Below, in pieces: positions 57,272 through 64,000 of a stretch of 64,000 bases of DNA (its first letter is position 1; every line of letters begins with the position of its first letter). The notes under the pieces are model-generated. The model made no database searches and had not been told where the DNA came from. It saw nothing but the letters and a program-made list of their open reading frames with translations. Source of the DNA: an uncultured virus (IMG/VR IMGVR_UViG_3300028654_000194) (taxonomy: Duplodnaviria; Heunggongvirae; Uroviricota; Caudoviricetes); IMG/VR virus record IMGVR_UViG_3300028654_000194; one strand, 5' to 3'. The position numbers and the translations under genes were made by a program.

Positions 57272-59861
57272 ATGAAGTGCGATTACCATCTTTGCGTCGG
57301 CGGCGGGTACGCCAAGGGCGACCGTTCGGACTGCTGCGTATGCTATCGGCCCCGGCCTCTGTCGCGTGACATGCCATCACTTGAAACAACAAGGTTCGCC
57401 GCCTCAGTGGGGCGGGGGTCATCTAACGATAACGAAAGATAATGGAGCCGAGGATGCTGTCGCGGACGGACGAGATGTTGGCAACTGCGGAATGGATGAT
57501 CGAAGACCTCAATGTCGCCAGCGGGTCTCTGCGAGACTACGCGCATCGCCTCCTTGAGCAGAGATTGTCTGTAATGACCATCGGGCAGTTCTCGGCGCTT
57601 GAAGACGCTGCCAGAAAGTTACAGGGCGAAGCATGGGAACGAACCTACGGCAATCGCCGCAGGACACGTTTATAAAAGGAGCGGCTATGACTTGGACACG
57701 GCCAGAGAACATAGACAAGCACCCGCTTCGGTACTCGCCACTCCGCGATCAGATCGAGGGCATCCTGTTGCGTCGGCATTTTGATAAGCGGCTTGACGGG
57801 TATTTTCTTGAAACGTCACTTGAGATTGCTGAAACATTGTCGCCACCCCCAGAGTTAAAGTAGGAGCGACGGATGACAGTTGGCGATGTCCCGGTGTGCC
57901 TGACATGCGGTCAGTACATTTACAGCGTTCCACATCGCTGCGGGGAGCGCCCCGGCTTCGTGTCAAACGCGATGGGCTGCATCTGCCCGCCCGGTTCCGA
58001 GCGCACATGCCAAGGCGCATTGTGCCCACGCCGATCTTTCTCCCTACCGATCACGTAAAGCTAGGAGGCCCTGTGGACGCGATAGAGAAAATCCGCGCAC
58101 GTCGCGAAGCGATCAACGGCGCACCTTGGCGCTATGAAAAGCGCGGGCAGATGGTCTTCGGGTTTTCGGTCGGAGGCTGCAACAAGGAACTGTCAGACTA
58201 TCGCGTTGCCGACATCCGCGGCTGGGGCCACCTTCAGTACATGGGCGAGACACGAGGCGACGGGAAGGCGCAGGCAATGCAGGATGCCAACGGCGAGTTT
58301 ATTGCTCATGCCCCGCAGGACATCGATGTGTTGCTGGCTGAAATTGATCTGCTTCGCGCATCATTGTCGTCACCCCTTGAGAGCAGATAGGAGCCGGACG
58401 TGACCACAACTCGCATTCAACTTCTCGGGTGGCTTGAACATTGCGAGCGCGAGCATCCGGGCAAAGGCACACCCATCCCGACATGGCTCTGCTCGATGGA
58501 CGCGCTCTATGATGAAGTCGGGCGCGGCACCGTCGAGGAGATTGGTATCCAGCCGATTGTTCCGCGCATGGGAATGGTATCGACCATCTACGGACTCACC
58601 GACAAAGGCCGTCAGGAATTTTATTCATCTCTGCCGACACCGGCAGACGTTTAAGAGGAGCGGATCGTGGAAAACCGATGGGCATTCGAGGACTACAGTT
58701 ACCCGCGAACTGGTTGTGCATGTTGTGAGCAGAATATCGGATGCCCGCCGGATGAGAAAAACATCCATCACTGGACTGGTAGTGTGGCTGGGCGGTTATG
58801 GAAAAAGTGTACCCGCCGCGAAATAAGACAATCATTGCCGACACCGGCAAGCGTTTAAGAGGAGCATCTAGTGCCGTCGCATCGCCGCGTTGCCAAACCA
58901 ATCGACCCGCGCAAGGCACTCAACAGCGCCATTGCGATGGATGTTGGCAAGGAGATGGTCGCCTATCTTGAGGTAATGTACCCGGACGTATTCGACAAGA
59001 TGAATGGCGGGTGCAAACTCTCGATCCGCAACCACATTCACAATGACATCATCGCGGCGATGGAAATAGTCGGCGCGGCGAACCATGTAGAGCGTCTCAA
59101 GGAACAGGCAGACTTTCGTCGCCAGTGGGTTGCTGCCTATCGTGGCATGAGACGCAAGAAGCTTGTCGCTACCGGCGACGGAAAGTAGGGAGCGATTGAC
59201 GTGGCGAAGGACTGGCCCTGCAAACTGAAAGACGGAAGCGTCAAGCCGTGTCACGCACTCGCTGCGGTGGTGGATGGCAACTGGATGGAGAAGCGCAAGG
59301 GCATCTTCGTCGCGACGATCATCAACCGAGGCGACGACACTCAGCGTTATCTCTATGGCGTCCGAAGCGGCGACCATACCAAGAAAGGCGTTATGTTTAA
59401 TCACTGCCCGTTCTGCGGCGAGTCGATCCTGCCGGACGCAGCGGCTAAACTTGGCGCTAAGGCAGCGTAAGAAAGAGGAGGCCCGCGTGGAGCGAGAATG
59501 GAAGTGCGGTGAATGTGGGGAATGGGTCTCCACTAAATTCATGCGCCATCACCACCTCTCGCAACCCGCCCCAAGAGTGTCGTTCGATGAGCCAGAGAAC
59601 ACCATGACGTTCGAGGCCACCAGCAATATGACTGTCTACACTCGAAAGCACGAAGATCCGGTTCGCAATGTTGTCATTACCGGCGACGGAAAGTAGGGAG
59701 CGCTTGGAATGACCCGCGAAGACCATCTGAAAGAACTGATCGCCCGATGCGTCGAGCGTCACCAGCGTCAGTGCGAGCAAGAGACGAAAGAGTGGGTCAA
59801 CGAATTGATTGAGATCGAGATGCACAAACCAATCTCTTTCGCCACACTTCTGGAAAAGTAG
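57272..59861 (+). other. Rightward arm of the island: 11 short ORFs joined by a conserved junction motif
   Basis: Starts at 57272, 57454, 57687, 57873, 58073, 58400, 58667, 58871, 59201, 59487, 59709; each follows GGAG. Confidence 0.7.
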
Positions 59862-59872
59862 GGAGACTTTAA

Positions 59873-60133
59873 TTGGCCCAAGACATCAGTGAAACGTTGA
59901 AGCAGCGCGGTGCGCAGTACGGTGTCTTTACGGACAACGCGCAGAACATTCAGAACATCAAGCGCGTGATGCATCAGATGGAAAACTGGAAGAAGCTTGC
60001 GGACGACCAGAAGGAAGCCTTGGAGATGATCGCCGTGAAGATCGGGCGCATCCTGTCAGGCAACCCCGATCTGTATGATCACTGGCACGACATCGCTGGT
60101 TACGCCAAGCTGGTTGCGGATCGGCTGACATGA
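59873..60133 (+). CDS. DUF6378-like protein
   Basis: RGAQYG, KIGRI and DHWHDIAGYA motifs. Confidence 0.75.
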   Translation: MAQDISETLKQRGAQYGVFTDNAQNIQNIKRVMHQMENWKKLADDQKEALEMIAVKIGRILSGNPDLYDHWHDIAGYAKLVADRLT

Positions 60134-60522
60134 CTGAGTTCGCAAGGCACACTGATCCTTCTACTAGCCACCGTGCTGCGCCGGAGGATGACGCACTGAC
60201 ACGGTTGCAGATGCTTGTCGTGGAGTGCCTTGAACAACATCCAAGCGGGCTAACAGTGCCAGAGATTGCAACGATCCTGAGCCTGCCACGCGATACGGTG
60301 TCGCCGCGCATGAAGACCTTGGTGGCGCAGGGTCGCGCACACGACACCGGGTTCGAAAAAATCCCGCCGCGCCACAGGCGGCACTGCATCATCTGGTGCG
60401 CCGGTCTTGGCAACGCGCCACCACCACTGTCACGTCACGCGCGCATGAAACGCGCACTACAAACCATAGCTGCGAACGGCGATGACGTGTCGCGCGAGGT
60501 CGCAAAGGCGGCACTGACATGA
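60130..60522 (+). CDS. Winged-helix DNA-binding protein
   Basis: RHTDPSTS and GLTVPEIA......TVSPR...L motifs. Confidence 0.65.
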   Translation: MTEFARHTDPSTSHRAAPEDDALTRLQMLVVECLEQHPSGLTVPEIATILSLPRDTVSPRMKTLVAQGRAHDTGFEKIPPRHRRHCIIWCAGLGNAPPPLSRHARMKRALQTIAANGDDVSREVAKAALT

Positions 60523-60809
60523 GAGAAAGTCAACTGGAAGCGGTGTGCCGCAAGCGCGCCACGCAACATGGCGGCTATCTGCTGAAGTGGCAGGGAGAAC
60601 GCGGCGTGCCGGATCGCATCCTGACGATGCCGTTCTACGTCGCCTTCATTGAGTTCAAGACGCCGGTCGGCGTGATGAGCGAGATACAGCTTGTGTGGAA
60701 GGTGCGCCTTCAGACGATGGGCTTGAACCACTTCATCGTGCGCAGCGTCGATGACTTCCAAGCGATCTTGGAACAGGCAGAGATAATCAAATCGAGGATG
60801 TCACGCTGA
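60519..60809 (+). CDS. VRR-NUC domain nuclease
   Basis: ESQLE, GVPDRI, FIEFKT and Q motifs. Confidence 0.85.
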   Translation: MRESQLEAVCRKRATQHGGYLLKWQGERGVPDRILTMPFYVAFIEFKTPVGVMSEIQLVWKVRLQTMGLNHFIVRSVDDFQAILEQAEIIKSRMSR

Positions 60810-61021
60810 TGGTAGAGAAAATATTTGTGTGGTCGATGGTCAATCTGGTCGTCGCAGTGATGATCATGGTCGTGGCGGGGGTGTCGTGTATGTATGGCGG
60901 TAGCCCGTCTATCTTCGCTTGCCACGCGTACCTACCGCCAGTGTGGATCGTCACGTGGATAGCCGGAAGCGTTGTGACATTCGTACTGTCTTTCGTTGCC
61001 ACGGTGTGGAGGATGATGTGA
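60809..61021 (+). CDS. Small membrane protein
   Basis: Two hydrophobic segments; TGATG coupling. Confidence 0.55.
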   Translation: MVEKIFVWSMVNLVVAVMIMVVAGVSCMYGGSPSIFACHAYLPPVWIVTWIAGSVVTFVLSFVATVWRMM

Positions 61022-61431
61022 TGAACCAGAACACATCATTGAAGAAGATGCAGGCGATCATCGGGGGCGTGAACGATATGCGCACCGCATATGAAAAGCT
61101 GGAAGGCGAACTGCGCAAGGGTCCGGCGTCCTACTACTTCAGCAAGCTGGAAGTGATGCTGACCGGCCTGTTCAGCTTCGCCAAGTTCCAGATCGGTGAT
61201 CGCGTGAAGCTGGCCGCGGACATCGACGCCAAGGGCGGCTGGTATCACTGCGCGCACTTCCTGAAGAAGGGCGAGATGGCGACCGTTGTTGACATGGACT
61301 ATGACGAACGCGGCTTTTCATACAATGTCGTCTTCGACAACGAAACGTGGATCGACCGCGATGGCGTCAAGCAGCCGGTCGCTAACAAGCATTCGTTCGG
61401 CCTATATGAACGGCATCTGGAAACAGCGTGA
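61021..61431 (+). CDS. Hypothetical protein with SH3-like KFQIGDRV motif
   Basis: GGAGG RBS and coupling to neighbours. Confidence 0.6.
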   Translation: MNQNTSLKKMQAIIGGVNDMRTAYEKLEGELRKGPASYYFSKLEVMLTGLFSFAKFQIGDRVKLAADIDAKGGWYHCAHFLKKGEMATVVDMDYDERGFSYNVVFDNETWIDRDGVKQPVANKHSFGLYERHLETA

Positions 61432-61676
61432 TGAACGACGCAGAGTGGTTTGAGAAAAATCCACACAGGCTTTTCCGTCTGCGCCCCTATGTACCCGGAG
61501 AGTTTGGCAAGCCCATCCCGGTGGGACGGCTTCCTGATGAAGCGATGTTCTTCATCATATCGGCCCGACTGTATGAGGAAATCGCGCGGCGGCTTGTCAT
61601 AACGGACCGCGTGATTGACGACAACGATCACGACTTGGGGTTCGTGTACATCGTCGCAGGGAACGTAGTGACATGA
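61428..61676 (+). CDS. Hypothetical protein
   Basis: WFEKNPHR..R.RP..PGE motif; coupled ORF. Confidence 0.6.
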   Translation: MMNDAEWFEKNPHRLFRLRPYVPGEFGKPIPVGRLPDEAMFFIISARLYEEIARRLVITDRVIDDNDHDLGFVYIVAGNVVT

Positions 61677-62974
61677 AGCCCGCCAGCTACCAGATCGACG
61701 CATCCGGCTTCGTGTACGAACGCGACAGCAGCATGATTTTCGCGCGGATGGGCACAGGCAAGACGCTGTGCAACATGATGGCAATGAACGACTGGCTGAC
61801 GGATGATGCGGCCAAGCGCATCATGGTCGCTGCGCCGTTGCGCGTTGTTGAGAACGTCTGGCGGCAGGAAGCGATGAAGTGGGGCATGCCGTTCAGCTTC
61901 GGCATCTACACTGGCAAGTGCAAGCAGATCGAAGGCCACAACGATGTGATCTTAGTCAATTATGAGAACTTATCGGCGCTGCTGGACACCAACCATGGCT
62001 GCGACGCCATCGTGTTCGATGAACTGAGCAAGCTGCGCAACCCGACAGGCAAGCGCCAGAAGGCAACGCGGCGCGCGGACTGCTTCAAGATCAGGACAGG
62101 CAGCACAGGCACGCCGACGCCGAACGGATTGATGTCGGTCTACGGCATGTGTCAGGCGGTGGGTCTTGGCCATCTTGTCGGAAAGAGTTTCGACAAGTGG
62201 AAGCGCCAGTTCTTCTACCCGACCGACTTCAAGGGTCACGACTGGGTTGCGTTCAAGCACACCGAACTGGAACTGGCGAAGCTACTCAAGCCCTACACCT
62301 ACATCCTTGAGGATGACGCGGTGGAGTTGCCGCCCATCGTGCGCCCGCCGATCCATCTGACGCTGCCGACTGAACTGCGCGAAGTCTACGACCGCATGCG
62401 CGCGCAGTCCGTGTTGTCCGATCTGGACATCGTCGCTGGCAGTGCTGGCGTGCTGCGCAACAAGCTGCGCCAGATCGCGTCGGGCTTCATCTACGACAAC
62501 GCTGGAGCGCCTGTGAAGCTGACCGACTGGCGACTTCGTGTGTTGCAGGACATCGTGGATGAGCAACAGGGTCAGCCGCTGATCATCGCATACGAGTATC
62601 GCGAACAGCTTGCGATGCTGCGGCAGCGGTGGCCGGACGCACCGTTTCTTGGTGGAGGATCGAAGGACAACGACAAGACCATCGAACGCTGGAACAGGCG
62701 CGAACTGCCGCTGCTGTTCCTGCATCCTGCATCAGCCGGTCACGGCCTGAACATTCAGGAAGGCGGCAACGCGATTGCATGGTGGACGCTGCCGGATGAT
62801 CGCGAACTGTACGACCAGACGATTGGCCGTCTGGTGCGCCGGGGGCAGGCCAACAGCCACGTTTTTTCCTATGAACCAGTAGCACAGGACACGGTCGAAA
62901 CCGCCGTCCAGTACGTGCTGGGACAGAAGGACACCGAACAAAAAAACTTTTGGAACGCATTGAAGTCTGCCTGA
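61673..62974 (+). CDS. SNF2-type superfamily 2 helicase
   Basis: MGTGKT, FDELS, TGTP, GHGLNIQ and QTIGRLVRRGQ motifs. Confidence 0.92.
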   Translation: MKPASYQIDASGFVYERDSSMIFARMGTGKTLCNMMAMNDWLTDDAAKRIMVAAPLRVVENVWRQEAMKWGMPFSFGIYTGKCKQIEGHNDVILVNYENLSALLDTNHGCDAIVFDELSKLRNPTGKRQKATRRADCFKIRTGSTGTPTPNGLMSVYGMCQAVGLGHLVGKSFDKWKRQFFYPTDFKGHDWVAFKHTELELAKLLKPYTYILEDDAVELPPIVRPPIHLTLPTELREVYDRMRAQSVLSDLDIVAGSAGVLRNKLRQIASGFIYDNAGAPVKLTDWRLRVLQDIVDEQQGQPLIIAYEYREQLAMLRQRWPDAPFLGGGSKDNDKTIERWNRRELPLLFLHPASAGHGLNIQEGGNAIAWWTLPDDRELYDQTIGRLVRRGQANSHVFSYEPVAQDTVETAVQYVLGQKDTEQKNFWNALKSA

Positions 62975-62986
62975 CAACGGCAGATA

Positions 62987-63023
62987 AAAACAGACCGCGC
63001 TGGTTGACGCCAGCGCGGTCTTT
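62987..63023. terminator. Hairpin terminator after the helicase
   Basis: AGACCGCGCTGG-TTGACG-CCAGCGCGGTCT with flanking A and T runs. Confidence 0.65.
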
Positions 63024-63060
63024 GATGGGGTTCCCCCCATAAGTGATCAAAGGGCAAGCA

Positions 63061-64000
63061 ATGACCACGAAGATCAACGCCTTTCTGGCGAACTTGTTCC
63101 CTAGTGTCAATAAAGATCAAGGCGTAGTAGCTGTTTCCTATCCCACCCCCAAGGGGTGGCCACGCGAACGCTGGGTTCCGCAGGGGCCGTCACCTTCTTC
63201 ATCGCTGTACTATTTCCCCACCACACTTCATGCCGACAACCCGCGTGCCCGGCGCTTGCGCGCACGCGCGACCGACTTCCGCTTCACGTTCGTGATCGTC
63301 TTGGACGATGTCGGCACCAAGGTGGGCAAGATGCGCTTGATAGGAAAGCGCCCGACGCCCACCTACACACTTGAGACATCACCCGGCAACGAACAGTGGG
63401 GCTACCGCCTCAAGGAACCAGTGCCTGTCGATGTAGCGAACGCGTTCATCGCATCGCTGGTTGCTGCCGGATTGACGGACAGCGGTCGCCCAAATGGTGC
63501 AGGACAGGTGATGCGCGTGCCGGGTTCGCTCAACACCAAGTACGATCCGCCGTTCCCTGCCCAGTTGATCGAATGGAACGATGTCGCCTACACGCTGGAC
63601 GAACTGCGTCACGGTCTTGGCTTCGATCTTGTCGAACACAAGCCTGCTGCATCGCAGGCAGCGCCTTCACTGGCCGATGGCGAAGTCGATCCGGTGTTCG
63701 ACTGGCTACGCGACAACGGCATGGTTGAAGGCGAAGCAGACGCGCGCGGCTGGGTGCCGATCCAGTGCCCGTGGGGTGACGAACACACCAGTGAAGGCGG
63801 CGGAACAGATTACTTCCCCGGATCACCCGGTGCGTTCAAGTGTCTCCATGCGCACTGCAAGGACCGCACGACCGCGACGCTGAAGGAGTGGATCGCATCG
63901 CAAGACCCACAGGTTGATCTGTCCGTGCTGCCTGCAACGCTGGTGGACAGCGTCGGCGCATCGCTGGACGCGATCATGCACCCGGTTGAAGACATGACGC
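63061..64000 (+). CDS. RepB-type DNA primase, N-terminal part of the primase-helicase; 3'-truncated by the window edge
   Basis: VIVLDDVGTK, TLETSPGNEQWGY, MRVPGS.N.K and CPW...H...C.H.HC motifs; absent from the ORF track because it has no stop in the window. Confidence 0.85.
   Translation, partial: MTTKINAFLANLFPSVNKDQGVVAVSYPTPKGWPRERWVPQGPSPSSSLYYFPTTLHADNPRARRLRARATDFRFTFVIVLDDVGTKVGKMRLIGKRPTPTYTLETSPGNEQWGYRLKEPVPVDVANAFIASLVAAGLTDSGRPNGAGQVMRVPGSLNTKYDPPFPAQLIEWNDVAYTLDELRHGLGFDLVEHKPAASQAAPSLADGEVDPVFDWLRDNGMVEGEADARGWVPIQCPWGDEHTSEGGGTDYFPGSPGAFKCLHAHCKDRTTATLKEWIASQDPQVDLSVLPATLVDSVGASLDAIMHPVEDMT

Noticed and set aside
1..64000. tRNA or rRNA genes
   Set aside because: No cloverleaf with proper D and T arms, and no rRNA-like sequence, was recognised by eye.

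Overview
A near-complete genome of a tailed dsDNA bacteriophage, probably a siphovirus of an Alphaproteobacterium (GTA-type tail-tip genes, GcrA-like regulator). The primase-helicase gene leaves the right edge and apparently re-enters at the left edge. Layout: helicase C-terminus and iteron-like origin (1-1.5 kb); NusG/RfaH-like antiterminator followed by a + strand late operon of packaging, head, tail and lysis genes (1.6-35.1 kb); a - strand early region of small genes with repeated structured RNA elements (35.3-47.4 kb); replication genes including a family A DNA polymerase (47.5-55 kb); a divergent small-gene island around a serine-recombinase-like gene (55.3-59.9 kb); then nuclease, helicase and primase. 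No integrase-repressor module was recognised. Top finding: a stand-alone Cas7/RAMP-like gene (39507-40109, -) flanked by three non-coding arrays of 5-nt GGY-NN units, each closed by a conserved hairpin. This is a candidate RNA-guided system with non-contiguous guides. Other highlights: (1) an intein in the polymerase whose homing endonuclease is overprinted in another frame with its own RBS; (2) two type III hammerhead ribozymes in duplicated early leaders; (3) a probable -1 frameshift fusing portal to a MuF-like head protein; (4) cassette-like junction motifs around the serine recombinase; (5) duplicated tail tube genes and G/GT-like chaperones made by duplication. All family calls come from motif recognition by eye; no database search was run.
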